From contig NZ_CP046578.1 of the NCBI RefSeq assembly GCF_013365455.1, positions 888,123-920,122 of the forward strand: a stretch of 32,000 bases of DNA, given 5' to 3'. Source of the stretch: Wolbachia endosymbiont of Dirofilaria (Dirofilaria) immitis (GTDB taxonomy: Bacteria > Pseudomonadota > Alphaproteobacteria > Rickettsiales > Anaplasmataceae). The number at the start of each line of letters is the position of its first letter. Position 1 is the first letter of the stretch. Positions 22,130-32,000 of the stretch are shown here, in pieces. The notes beneath the pieces were generated by a model. It made no database searches. It saw only the letters and a program-made list of their open reading frames with translations, and was not told the origin of the DNA. The position numbers and the translations under genes are program-made.

Positions 22130-22435
22130 GTGTTTTGCGCACTATGGCAATAAAATTACCCTGTAATAGGTGTATTGGACCCGAGGGCAGTACTCGGCGC
22201 CTCCACCATACTTTTACTACATGGGGGCGAACAAGGATTGACATGCATAGTAAAGATGGTAGCTTTGCTCGGTTAGATACCACCGTTAAGAGTTTATAAT
22301 TTAGATGCAAATAATAATTTTGCTGCTGACAGTAATGTCATGGCATTAGCTGCTTAATCTAAGCACTAAATCTCATTACTACAAGCACGGTTCAGGGAAC
22401 GCCGGGTAACAGAAGGTTCCCACGATAATTTGTAT
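22130..22435 (+). ncRNA. ssrA: transfer-messenger RNA (tmRNA), circularly permuted two-piece type
   Basis: The acceptor piece comes first, ending CGCCTCC-A-CCA at 22208. A ~14-nt spacer follows, then the coding piece starting GGGGGCG at 22223 (7-bp pairing with CGCCTCC, one G-U). Coding piece continues GGGGGCGAACAAGGATTGACATG. Tag frame 22307-22357 GCA AAT AAT AAT TTT GCT GCT GAC AGT AAT GTC ATG GCA TTA GCT GCT TAA = ANNNFAADSNVMALAA. Outer ends approximate. Confidence 0.92.
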
Positions 22436-23642
22436 GTATAAAAGTTATACAGATAAAACGGATTACAAGAAAATCACTCAATTTCACAAAGTTTCAAGTT
22501 ATCAAAAAGGCTTTAGGTACTATATTACATTATAAGTAATGATTTTATTCTTCATTTAGAAATGCTATTTTTTATGCATCTCAACAGAGTAATCGTTGCT
22601 ATATTATCTGAAAAAGTCATATCCTAATCAAGGGCTCATTAATGTTACAGCACCAGTTTCATTGTTTGATGTTTTTGAAAGGATAAACTTAGCACCAAGT
22701 TAGGTTTTTACGAAAAATAAGAGCAAATCCTATATCACTTTTCGTTATCAACAAATTCCATGATAAAGCTTCAAGAGATATTTTTTTATATTTAACAAAA
22801 TAAGTATCAATTCTGAAAAAGAATACAGTAGTGAAAAATATACTAAAAAATCATTAAATAGTAACATTATACGCATAAACCAGGCCAGCACTTGAAGTTG
22901 CTCAGTACCTATAGGCTATTAAGGTTCCTTTGCTTAGTGACTATTCTTAATTATTTCTGAAACAATCGTACATAAATCTTATCTAGGTGTAGAAAATAGA
23001 GTTTTATTAGCAGTTTCCTAACTATTTTCGACTTTAATATGCTATTGCATAAGCAGCGTTACCGCTAATTAATTAGCAGGTCATAATTTTTTCAATAAAC
23101 TTTGATTTCGATGTTACTAGTTAAGAGAATAAAGTAACTTCAGTAATGAATAGATCTTACCGATCAGTAGGTTAATAGAAAATAAATGGTACTGATATAG
23201 CTTTCCTAGCAAATTTATACTACCTTCATTTCAACTTGGCTCTATTGTAAGCTGCAAAGCAGAATGTTTACGCATTTTTCCCTCTTCTCAAAATGTTAGA
23301 ACCTATATACGCCTCTTTTTATTGCAGAAAAATTAAATTTGTCAAAAAATCAAAACTGTGATAGAACTAGTATCACCAAGAAAGATATTATTCAAATAGT
23401 TGATGCACAGCATACAGGTATTATAATTTTATGGTAGCTTTTACTATTAAGATATTATTTCAGTACCTGATACCAAAATCTAGTTTCTCATTCAATTTCA
23501 TTGAAAACGTTTGTTTTAATATAAAACAACTAACTTCTATGCTTATCAAGCTAGTGCACTTGCTTTCATCTAAATTTCTAGATTTCAGTGCTGTAACACT
23601 ATTAATGACAATAACAAACCCTAAAGAACAAAAAAATTAACT

Positions 23643-24260
23643 ATGGTAGAGTGGCTAATATCTAACCAGCTTATTGATTATAAATATGCTGTAAAATTCA
23701 TGGAAGCAAAAGTTCAAGAAATTTATAATAATTTATCAGACGAGTTAGTATGGCTACTTCAACATCCTTCACTATACACAGCAGGAATTAGTGCAACAGA
23801 TGATGAAATCGTTGAAGAATTATTTCCTATACATAAAACAAGCAGGGGTGGTAAGTATACATATCATGGACCAGGACAGCGCATTATATATTTAATGCTA
23901 AATCTTAAAAAAAGAAATAAATGCGATATAAAATTATATATAAGAGATATAAGTAATTGGATCATAAATGTTTTAATGTACTTTAATATATTTGGAAAAT
24001 TCAAAGAAGACAGAATAGGAGTTTGGGTAACTAATACCGGAGTAGAAGAAAAAATAGCAGCTTTTGGCATTCGTTTAAGAAAATGGGTAACCTATCATGG
24101 AATAGCACTCAACGTCTCTCTAGATCTTTCTCACTATAAGGGAATCATTCCTTGTGGATTAAAAGATTATGGTGTCACATCGATGAAAGAACTAGGAGTT
24201 GAAGCTCCACTGTCTGAACTAGACGATATATTAAAAAAAGAATTTTATAAAATATTTTAA
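23643..24260 (+). CDS. lipB: lipoyl(octanoyl) transferase
   Basis: 205 aa; LLQHPSLYTAG, SRGGKYTYHGPGQ, GVEEKIAAFGIRLRKWVTYHGIALNV, IIPCGLKDYGVTSM. Confidence 0.95.
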   Translation: MVEWLISNQLIDYKYAVKFMEAKVQEIYNNLSDELVWLLQHPSLYTAGISATDDEIVEELFPIHKTSRGGKYTYHGPGQRIIYLMLNLKKRNKCDIKLYIRDISNWIINVLMYFNIFGKFKEDRIGVWVTNTGVEEKIAAFGIRLRKWVTYHGIALNVSLDLSHYKGIIPCGLKDYGVTSMKELGVEAPLSELDDILKKEFYKIF

Positions 24261-25198
24261 CGCACTCCATCATTATCTACTTTACATTTCACTCATACGT
24301 ATCACCCTCCTATACAATCACAATTAATACCATTGCTACCTTTTACAAAAGAAAAGCAGTAAAGCATTATAAAGAATGCCTTGAGTCTTAATTTCCATAT
24401 TTCAGGAAAATACGCAGCAATAATAATCCTTCTTATTCTAACTCTGATAAATTTAGAGCAAATGGATTTCGCTAACTAATGTGGTAGCCAAAATGATTTA
24501 ACTTATTATAAAAAGAATAACAGGATCCACTCAGCTAATTTTTTATTTAAAAAGATTACCTAACAATAAAAAAGAAAGAATTGTTAAAAACAAAAAAAGT
24601 TCTAAGTAAGATAACTCTATCTCGCACGTTTATCCATAAAGCTAAATATAATCAGCAAATTCTCTAGGGCACTACACGTTAGAAACAATAGTAATATTTC
24701 TCTACTCCAAAAAATCAACTAAAAAATCGATAGAGTTAAATCTTGAATAAACTGGACTCACAAGATATTATTATAATTTTAAATAGTTAACAACAGCATC
24801 AAATTAAAAAGTGGTAGATTGGAAACCTAAAATCTTTGATGATAATATAACTGTTAAAAAGAAGATATACGAAAAGCTTACCCTATATGAAACGGAGTAT
24901 TTAGGTACTAAAAACAAGCTTACACTTCTGATTAAATACAATCAATAATTTTTAGTAATCTCACCAACTTCAACAACACCAATCTTATTAAAGATTACAA
25001 AAAGAAAGATCCACAAAAAATATCTAATTTCTATATATCTACAATAAAAGGAAGCAGATCATGTTCATACAAATGAATCTTTACTCTTTAATAATTACAC
25101 TATCATTAGCATCCAAATGAGAAAAAAGATTTATTTTTCATGATATATAGAACATAAACCTTATAGGTTAATTCACAACTAAACATCTACAAATCAGC

Positions 25199-25996
25199 TT
25201 AACAAAAATACTTCAATGCGTTTTCAAATATGAGCATCCCATCACCATACTTTGGCACAGTAGACTTTAGACGCTTGCACTTTTCTTTTTCAAGTGGCCA
25301 GTTATCCTGCTGAGTAAAAAATATACCTCTTTCTGGATGAGGCATTAAAGCTAACACCTTACCATTTTTATCTGATAAAGCTGCTAAGTCATATATAGAC
25401 CCACTTGGATTATAAGGAAACCGTAAATTAGCATAGCTACCATTCTCATCAATATAACGTAGTGCAATGGAGTTGCTTTCAATCAACTGATCTAAAACAT
25501 CTCTGCTCATAAAAAACTTACCTTCTCCATGAGCAATAGGAAGATATAACTCATCTAGGCCATATAGCCAAATAGAATTGCTATGTGGATTAACTTTAAC
25601 TCTAATCCAACGACACTGATAATTACCTACATCATTACGTATCAAAGCTAAGTTAGAAAATTCTGGAATCAACTTTACTAATATTTGACAACCGTTACAT
25701 ATTCCCATAACAAGCTTATCCTGAGATAAAAAATCTTGAAATTCATTTAATAAGTTGTTCTTAATGCGTAGAGCAAAAGCATTACCAGCACCAATGTTGT
25801 CACCATAAGAAAAGCCACCTGGAATTACAAGTATATCACTCGATTTCAATTCATATGGACTACATATAACCTCATTAATATGAACAATTTTTACTTCTAC
25901 ATTATTGATACCAAGCTTTCTACTACACTCTATAAACGCGAATGCAGTTTCTTTTTCACAATTCAAACCATACCCAAATAAAATAATAATTTTCAT
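25199..25996 (-). CDS. purQ: phosphoribosylformylglycinamidine synthase subunit PurQ
   Basis: 265 aa; LFGYGLNCEKETAFAF, VIPGGFSYGDNIGAG, VMGICNGCQIL, LPIAHGEGKF, LMPHPERGIF. Confidence 0.95.
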   Translation of the reverse strand: MKIIILFGYGLNCEKETAFAFIECSRKLGINNVEVKIVHINEVICSPYELKSSDILVIPGGFSYGDNIGAGNAFALRIKNNLLNEFQDFLSQDKLVMGICNGCQILVKLIPEFSNLALIRNDVGNYQCRWIRVKVNPHSNSIWLYGLDELYLPIAHGEGKFFMSRDVLDQLIESNSIALRYIDENGSYANLRFPYNPSGSIYDLAALSDKNGKVLALMPHPERGIFFTQQDNWPLEKEKCKRLKSTVPKYGDGMLIFENALKYFC

Positions 25997-27249
25997 GAAT
26001 CAAAAGTTAAAAACTCAAATTTCCTTTTCACAAAATTTGCTACTAAATTCAGAGCAAATAACATTATCAATAAAGCTATGATTGCAATAGCAGCAAGTTC
26101 AATGAATGCGATTTCAGGACTACTCGACCATATATATATTTGTACAGGCAAAACAGTTGCTGGGTCAGAAAAGAATACAGGTGTATCAGCGATAAATGCT
26201 ACCGTACCTACCATAAGCAAAGGAGAAGACTCGCCTAAAACTCTTGCAACTGCAAGCATAGTACCATGTATTATCTTTGGTAAAGCAATCGGCAAAGAGT
26301 GATCTAATATTACCTTAATATGAGGAGCACCAAGAGCAAAAGCTGCATCCTTTATCGTAATAGGAACATTTGCAAAGGCATTTTTTGTTGCGATTATAAT
26401 GTTAGGCAACATCATAAATGAAAGAGTCATTCCACTAACAAGTGGAGAAGAACGAGGCAGTTCAAACATACCAAGATAGAGAGTTAAGCCCACTACACCA
26501 AATATTATTGAAGGCACTGCAGTCAGATTATTTATACTAACTTCTATAATATTAGTTATCATACTATTCTTTGACATAAACTCATGAAGATAGATGCCTG
26601 ACATGACCCCTACTGGCAACGCTAAAGCTAAGCATACCGTAATCATCATCAAAGAGCCAACAAACGCTCCTAAAATCCCTGCGCTTTCAGGTTCACGAGA
26701 ATCAGATTTGAGAAATAAAGACTTATTAAAGAATTTTTTTACCCTTTTTCCCTCTTTTAGCCAGTTAAGCAACTTAGCATAACGATCATTAAAATACTTA
26801 TTCTTATTTATTGAATTAATTATACTTGATGCGGTAAACCAGATTTCATACCCACCACCGTACTTCACTTTCCTATAAAAAAAGTTCTCTAATTCCTTAT
26901 AAGAATTACGACTCAAAATTTCGTCACTATCTTTAAAATCAGTTCCTTTAAATACTTTACGCAGGGAATCATTGAGCAATTCAATGGACTTATATCTCAA
27001 ATCACTAGGGCTACCTGTTAAAAAAAAATCAGAGCTTATTTCTATAGGCAACAAAATTTTTGTTACCGTTAAGGCGCTATAAGAGTTAATTAATATACTC
27101 AACAATATACATATAGGACAACCAAGTGAAATAACTAATGTTATAAAAGAACAAAAATACAATGTCCTATTTCTCTTATTTTTTCTTTTTATACGAGCGT
27201 GTACGCGCCTGGACTGAAGCAGCTTAAGAAATTTTGTCTTTATGCTCAT
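25993..27249 (-). CDS. pstA: phosphate ABC transporter permease PstA
   Basis: 418 aa; ALPVGVMSGIYLHEFM, LTAVPSIIFGVVGLTLY, ATKNAFANVPITIKDAAFALGAPHIKVILDHSLPIALPKIIHGTMLAVARVLGESSPLL. Confidence 0.9.
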   Translation of the reverse strand: MSIKTKFLKLLQSRRVHARIKRKNKRNRTLYFCSFITLVISLGCPICILLSILINSYSALTVTKILLPIEISSDFFLTGSPSDLRYKSIELLNDSLRKVFKGTDFKDSDEILSRNSYKELENFFYRKVKYGGGYEIWFTASSIINSINKNKYFNDRYAKLLNWLKEGKRVKKFFNKSLFLKSDSREPESAGILGAFVGSLMMITVCLALALPVGVMSGIYLHEFMSKNSMITNIIEVSINNLTAVPSIIFGVVGLTLYLGMFELPRSSPLVSGMTLSFMMLPNIIIATKNAFANVPITIKDAAFALGAPHIKVILDHSLPIALPKIIHGTMLAVARVLGESSPLLMVGTVAFIADTPVFFSDPATVLPVQIYIWSSSPEIAFIELAAIAIIALLIMLFALNLVANFVKRKFEFLTFDS

Positions 27250-27359
27250 TTTACAATTAGTCTAAACAAGACCTTTCATTATATTTAACATCAACACTTT
27301 CTTTATTATCTTAGTGCCCGCATCATTATACAGTGTTAACACTGAAACTTCTATTACAT

Positions 27360-27737
27360 TCACTTAGACCCATCGCTTTTGTAAGTAGTACGCTCTTTTA
27401 TTCTCGCAGCCTTTCCAAATAGTTTACATAAGTAATACAGCTTTGCCCTACGAACTTTCCCTTTCCTTGTTACTTGTACTGAAATCAGTGCAGGAGAATA
27501 AACAAAAAATTGAGATACTATGCTCTCTCCATAACTCACTTTCCTAACTGCAAAAGAAGAATGTAATCCACGGTTTCTCTTCGATACACATACACCTTCA
27601 AATACTTGAATACGCTCACTTGCACCATCAACCATTCTAAAAGTAACCTTTAAATCATCACCAGGACGAAACTCTGGCACTTCTTTGATTAATACTTCCA
27701 TTTGCTTTTTATTGAATTTTTCAAGTAAATTTACCAT
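27360..27737 (-). CDS. rplS: 50S ribosomal protein L19
   Basis: 125 aa; [81 protein letters not shown]. Confidence 0.95.
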   Translation of the reverse strand: MVNLLEKFNKKQMEVLIKEVPEFRPGDDLKVTFRMVDGASERIQVFEGVCVSKRNRGLHSSFAVRKVSYGESIVSQFFVYSPALISVQVTRKGKVRRAKLYYLCKLFGKAARIKERTTYKSDGSK

Positions 27738-28428
27738 TTATCTCTCCATCTAATAGTTCAGGTCTACGTCTTTTTGTTATAACCTGAGACTGTTTCTGCC
27801 TCCAATCATTTATTCTTTCATGATTACCAGACAACAGAACTCCAGGCACCTTACGGTTTTTCCATTGCCTAGGTCTAGTATATTGAGGGTACTCAAGTAT
27901 ACCACCAGTATAACTAAAACTTTCCTCAGTAAGACTATCAGAATTGCTTACTACACCAGGAAGAAGCCTGACACATGCATCAAGGACCACCATTGCAGCC
28001 GGCTCACCCCCTGAAAGAATATAATCTCCAATACTTAACTCATAAGGAGTATACTCATCTATTACTCTTTGGTCAATACCCTCAAATCGACCGCACAATA
28101 TCGTTATGTGAGGAAACCTTATCAATTCTCTTGCAATACTCTGATTAAACTTCGTACCAGATGGAGTCATATAAATAAATCTAGTATTCCTATGAGAAAA
28201 AAGGACACTATCGACTGCACTACCAATCACATCGGAACGCATAATCATCCCTGCCCCGCCTCCGTATGGAACATCATCTACCATTAAATGTTTACCTTTA
28301 GCAAAAAAACGTATATTTACCACTTCAAGGTTCCATATATTTTTTTTCAATGCTTTTCCAGCAAGAGAATAATTTAGGGATCCAGGGAACATTTCTGGAA
28401 ATATGGTTAATATTGTAACATTAAGCAT
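27721..28428 (-). CDS. trmD: tRNA (guanine(37)-N(1))-methyltransferase
   Basis: 235 aa; [83 protein letters not shown]. Confidence 0.96.
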   Translation of the reverse strand: MLNVTILTIFPEMFPGSLNYSLAGKALKKNIWNLEVVNIRFFAKGKHLMVDDVPYGGGAGMIMRSDVIGSAVDSVLFSHRNTRFIYMTPSGTKFNQSIARELIRFPHITILCGRFEGIDQRVIDEYTPYELSIGDYILSGGEPAAMVVLDACVRLLPGVVSNSDSLTEESFSYTGGILEYPQYTRPRQWKNRKVPGVLLSGNHERINDWRQKQSQVITKRRRPELLDGEINGKFT

Positions 28429-28496
28429 TTTTATAAATTTGTAGTAAATTTAAGCAGAAACTAATATAATGTCTATAATATACAGTTAAACAATAT

Positions 28497-29219
28497 ATGA
28501 TACCAGGTAAAATAATATACGAAGGTAAAGCCAAGTGTATTATTGAAGCTGAAGACTCATTAACCGTTGTACAGCACTTTAAGGATGATGTTACAGCATT
28601 TAACAAAGAAAAACATAAAGTCATTAAAGGCAAAGGAATAATCAATAATTTTATCAGTGCTTTCATTATGAAAAAACTTGAAAAAGTGGGAATTGATACA
28701 CACTTTATAAAAACTCTAAACGAAAGAGAGCAGCTAGTTAAAAAACTAAAAATTGTACCTCTCGAGATAGTAGTGAGAAATATCACAGCAGGTAGTTTTT
28801 GTAAGCGTTTTAACATAAGGGAAGGCAAGAGGCTTACGTCTCCTATAATCGAGTTTTTTTATAAGGATGACAATCTAGATGATCCAATGGTAAATGAAAA
28901 CCATATAACATATTTTGGCTGGTTATCTAGTAAAGAAATAGAAGAAATTAAGATTATAACCTTAAAGATCAACACACTTCTAATAGACTTATTTTCAAAT
29001 GCAGGAATAGACTTAGTTGATATTAAACTTGAATTTGGTAGATTAGTGAGTGACAATACAAAAATCGTTTTAGCTGATGAGATCAGCCCCGATAATTCTA
29101 GGTTATGGGATAAAAACACACATAAAAAATTAGATAAAGATGTTTTTCGTTTAAGCTTAGGAGACTTAAAAGAAACATATTTAGAAGTTGCAAAAAGATT
29201 ATCATTAAAGTTAGATTAA
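28497..29219 (+). CDS. purC: phosphoribosylaminoimidazole-succinocarboxamide synthase
   Basis: 240 aa; IYEGKAKCIIEA, FKDDVTAFN, GIINNFISAFIMKKLEKVGIDTHF, VEIVVRNITAGS, VDIKLEFG, LADEISPDNSRLWD. Confidence 0.96.
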   Translation: MIPGKIIYEGKAKCIIEAEDSLTVVQHFKDDVTAFNKEKHKVIKGKGIINNFISAFIMKKLEKVGIDTHFIKTLNEREQLVKKLKIVPLEIVVRNITAGSFCKRFNIREGKRLTSPIIEFFYKDDNLDDPMVNENHITYFGWLSSKEIEEIKIITLKINTLLIDLFSNAGIDLVDIKLEFGRLVSDNTKIVLADEISPDNSRLWDKNTHKKLDKDVFRLSLGDLKETYLEVAKRLSLKLD

Positions 29220-30253
29220 TTAAATACCACCATATCAAGTGAAGGGTTATATACTTTACTAAGTTTTCCAATAATTTTAATCTTTTCCTCACGTTTTTGA
29301 AAATAATCTTTTACATTTTGCATATTTTCGGGATCTATAATCAATATCATACCAATACCACAATTAAATGTCCTTAACATCTCTTTTTTTTCTATTTTGC
29401 CTTCTTCTGTCAACCACAAAAATATATCTGGCCATTTCCAAGAATTAATATCTATATCTGCAAACAAATTTTTTGGAAGAATCCGTGGGATATTATCTAC
29501 CAAACTACCACCTGTAATGTGTGCAATACCTTTTATTTGTGACATAATAGGCAATAAAGAATCAACATATATCTTTGTTGGCTTAAGTAACACTTCTTTC
29601 CAAAGACAACTATTCCATGGAGACAAATCATTATAGCTTATACCTAAACTTTTAAAAACACAACGTATCAAAGAAAATCCATTTGAGTGAATTCCACTTG
29701 ACTCTAAGCCGACTATATAATCACCAGCTTTCATTGTATCATAGCTCGGAAGAATTTTACTTTTATCAATTACTCCAACTACAAACCCTGCAAGGTCGTA
29801 ATGACCATTATCATACATTCCAGGCATTTCTGCAGTTTCTCCACCAACTAATGCTATCTTAGCTTGCTTACATCCCTCTACAATACCACGAACTACGGGA
29901 AGCAAAACATCTCTATTCAAAATACCAGTTGTAAAATAATCAAGAAAAAATAAAGGTGTTGCTCCTTGTGTAAGCAGATCATTTACACACATTGCAACTA
30001 AATCTATACCTATAGTATCATGTTTATTCACTTCTTGAGCTATTAACAGCTTTGTACCTACTCCGTCAGTTGAAGAAACTAATACAGGATGGGTATATTT
30101 TTTGGTTAATTCAGTAAAATCAAACAGTGCGGAAAATGAACCTACTTCGCTAATTACTTCTTTTTTTTTAGTTTCCTCAACAATAAGTTTGATTTCTTTC
30201 ATTAACTTATTATACAATTTAAGATCTACTCCTGATTTAGAATAGGTACTCAT
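29216..30253 (-). CDS. purM: phosphoribosylformylglycinamidine cyclo-ligase
   Basis: 345 aa; PVLVSSTDGVGTKLLIA, IGIDLVAMCVNDLLTQGATPLFFLDYF, LVGGETAEMPGMY, GLESSGIHSNGFSLIR, HITGGSLVDNIPRILP. Confidence 0.96.
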   Translation of the reverse strand: MSTYSKSGVDLKLYNKLMKEIKLIVEETKKKEVISEVGSFSALFDFTELTKKYTHPVLVSSTDGVGTKLLIAQEVNKHDTIGIDLVAMCVNDLLTQGATPLFFLDYFTTGILNRDVLLPVVRGIVEGCKQAKIALVGGETAEMPGMYDNGHYDLAGFVVGVIDKSKILPSYDTMKAGDYIVGLESSGIHSNGFSLIRCVFKSLGISYNDLSPWNSCLWKEVLLKPTKIYVDSLLPIMSQIKGIAHITGGSLVDNIPRILPKNLFADIDINSWKWPDIFLWLTEEGKIEKKEMLRTFNCGIGMILIIDPENMQNVKDYFQKREEKIKIIGKLSKVYNPSLDMVVFN

Positions 30254-30386
30254 AACTCCTTTGTAAACTCCACAGTTATTAACACTATATTAATAAGCTA
30301 CCACAAAAAGTACAGCAAAATTTCCTCTTAATTGACTATTACATACTTACCAATATAGGGTAATTTAAATTATTCACAATTACCTA

Positions 30387-31045
30387 ATGAATGAAAACGT
30401 CAAAAACATGCTATTAGTAACAGAGTTACTATCAGGACAACTACTTCATGATTTTGCTAATTCTATGAATGGAATAATGTTTGGCCTAGAAGAATTCGAA
30501 GAATGCAATAAAAACGATGATATCGCACGCAAAGAAGCATTGTCATTACTTAAGGAGAGCTCTGATGATTTAATAAATAAACATAAAGTTATGAAACAGG
30601 CATATTCTTCTTCAGCAGACAATTATAATTTTGGCCAGACCAAATCTAACATTGAAAATTATTTATTAAAAAAAAAGTAAAATTTATGTGGGAGATAGAC
30701 GAATATCCTATAAGAGGCAAGGAAGATTTAATTGAAAAAATAAATAAGATAATTTCTAACATGGTACTAACTATAGCCAGTGTAGTAGCAGAAGTTGAAT
30801 TAGTTTCTATTTTACTAACTCAAACAGAAGGTAAAATATTATTGACTATAAAAATTCTAAATAAGCATAAACCAATGAGCAAATCTTTAGTGAACAAATT
30901 AACAAGAAAAGACAATATTAACCTAAATTCAAAGGATGTTAATGTTTATATGACATCCTTACTACTAGAATATTATAATACCGAAATACACTGCTCTTAT
31001 AAAAATAATTTACTAGAAATAAGTTTAGTTTTAACCCAGGAATAA
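30387..31045 (+). CDS. chpT: ChpT-like histidine phosphotransferase (CckA-ChpT-CtrA type), split by a -1 frameshift at an A9 tract
   Basis: First part 30387-30680 has LLSGQLLHDFANSMNGIMFGLEEFEE (H box) and ALSLLKESSDDLINKHKVMKQAY. Reading through A AAA AAG in the -1 frame gives IENYLLKKKVKFMWEIDEYPIRG..LIEKINKIISNMVLTIASVVAEVELVSILLTQTEGKILLTIKI.., matching the ChpT domain layout (ATPase-like degenerate half, K-V-x-(L/F)-x-W junction). Confidence 0.65.
30668..30677 (+). other. A9-G slippery sequence containing A AAA AAG in the zero frame, followed immediately by TAA stop
   Basis: TTA AAA AAA AAG TAA; the -1 frame continues GTA AAA TTT ATG TGG GAG to the stop at 31045. Confidence 0.8.
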
Positions 31046-31210
31046 CCCTGCACTTTATAAAAGTATCTGTAAGCTTTAAGTATTAGTACAAGGATTAGAG
31101 CACTTAGTACCTCCGAAAAGGCATACTCACCCCCTAAAACAGTACCAGCATTGTATACGCTAACCTATAAATTTTCTTCCTAAAAATATGACACTTTCTC
31201 ACGAAAATTA

Positions 31211-31936
31211 TCAATCTATTTTCTTATGATCACTAAGGTCTAGTATTATTCTATTAATGTACCGCTCACTCGCATCCTTAACAATAAACTTTACACCGTT
31301 TTTATACATGACAACCTCGCCCTTAGAAGGTACCTTACCAGCAATTGAAAGAATCAAGCCACCAAGTGTAACATAATCCTCTTCAGGATCACGTAATTCT
31401 ATCTTTAGATTCTCCTCTATATCTTTTATAAGAATTCTTGCTGACACCTCAAACTTGTTTTGAGGTAACTTGATGATTGTACATTCAAAAGGCTCATTTC
31501 CACTATTAACATTTGGTACCAACTTCTCCATAAGGTCAGCCATTGAAATTAAGCCATCGGTTCCACCGTATTCATCTAACACAACAGCTAAATGTGGCCT
31601 AGCAGACTTCATTTTAATAAAAAGGTTAGTGGTTTTCATTGAAGGTGGAACAAATATCACATTCTGTACGAAGTTTTTCAAGTCAAAGGTTTCACTCTTA
31701 TCAAAAAGAACATCCTTCGCATAAAAGAACCCAATTATATTATCAAAGTTGTTTTTGTAAACTAGTATCTTAGTATGATAAGTACTTCTTATCTTTTTTA
31801 TCACTTCATGTTTGTTTGACTCAATGTCTAATGCACATATTTCTGTACGTGGAGTCATTATATCGGTTATATTGCAGTCGTGAAACTTCAGTAAATCATT
31901 AAATATAGTAAGACCTGGCAGATCTTTCATCAGCAC
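31211..31936 (-). CDS. CBS-domain CorC/HlyC (TlyC)-like protein; start uncertain, may extend past the right window edge
   Basis: LLKFHDCNITDIMTPRTEICALDIESN.., HLAVVLDEYGGTDGLISMADLMEKLV, CorC_HlyC tail FEVSARILIKDIEENLKIELRDPEEDYVTLGGLILSIAGKVPSKGEVV. Upstream of the GTG at 31936 the frame stays open to the window edge (HVESFYFFLKGFYVLRKCATE). Confidence 0.85.
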   Translation of the reverse strand: MLMKDLPGLTIFNDLLKFHDCNITDIMTPRTEICALDIESNKHEVIKKIRSTYHTKILVYKNNFDNIIGFFYAKDVLFDKSETFDLKNFVQNVIFVPPSMKTTNLFIKMKSARPHLAVVLDEYGGTDGLISMADLMEKLVPNVNSGNEPFECTIIKLPQNKFEVSARILIKDIEENLKIELRDPEEDYVTLGGLILSIAGKVPSKGEVVMYKNGVKFIVKDASERYINRIILDLSDHKKID

Positions 31937-32000
31937 TTCAGTTGCACACTTTCTTAATACATAAAACCTTTCAAAAAGAAATAGAAAGACTCTACATGCA

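Noticed and set aside
22057-22310. Two ORFs, 22057..22299 (+) and 22113..22310 (-), as protein genes
   Set aside because: Both lie over the tmRNA; their openness follows from the structured RNA sequence, and neither translation looks like a known protein.
23431-23640. 69-aa ORF immediately upstream of lipB
   Set aside because: Biased composition and no recognised domain; not enough to support a gene.
26078-28287. Antisense ORFs over pstA and trmD (26078..26302, 26594..26782, 27820..28014, 28069..28287)
   Set aside because: Antisense shadows of clear CDSs.
28421-29292. Antisense ORFs over purC (28421..28828, 28859..29119, 29098..29292)
   Set aside because: purC is unambiguous on the plus strand; these lack domains.
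1-32000. Phage, CRISPR, toxin-antitoxin, transposase or other accessory system
   Set aside because: No repeats-with-spacers, transposase/integrase motifs or defence-gene signatures were seen; confident genes are chromosomal housekeeping or surface-protein types.

Overview
AT-rich, low-coding-density chromosomal segment that looks like Anaplasmataceae (Rickettsiales; Ehrlichia/Neoehrlichia/Wolbachia-like). The basis for this placement is a partial P44/Msp2/OMP-1-type surface antigen gene, a circularly permuted two-piece tmRNA, and housekeeping genes scattered among long decayed intergenic spaces. Supported genes: surface antigen (partial), CDF cation transporter, tRNA-Val(GAC), pyrB, Fe(III) ABC substrate-binding protein, nadK, rpmE, fabD, gpmI, rsmH (frameshifted), rlpA-like gene with SPOR-like tail, murC, eno, obgE, ssrA (tmRNA), lipB, purQ, pstA, rplS, trmD, purC, purM, a frameshifted ChpT-like histidine phosphotransferase, and a CorC/HlyC-like CBS protein. 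I found no phage, CRISPR, defence island or obvious novel multi-gene system. The most interesting signals are: (1) two genes, rsmH and the ChpT-like gene, are each broken at an A9 tract in the same sense (-1 shift, or one missing A). The ChpT-like site is a perfect dnaX-type A AAA AAG heptamer followed immediately by an in-frame TAA. Three other 9-nt A/T tracts in coding genes are in frame. (2) An in-frame extra segment in murC resembles a decayed Rickettsiales palindromic repeat. (3) Clear gene relics lie in several 'intergenic' regions.
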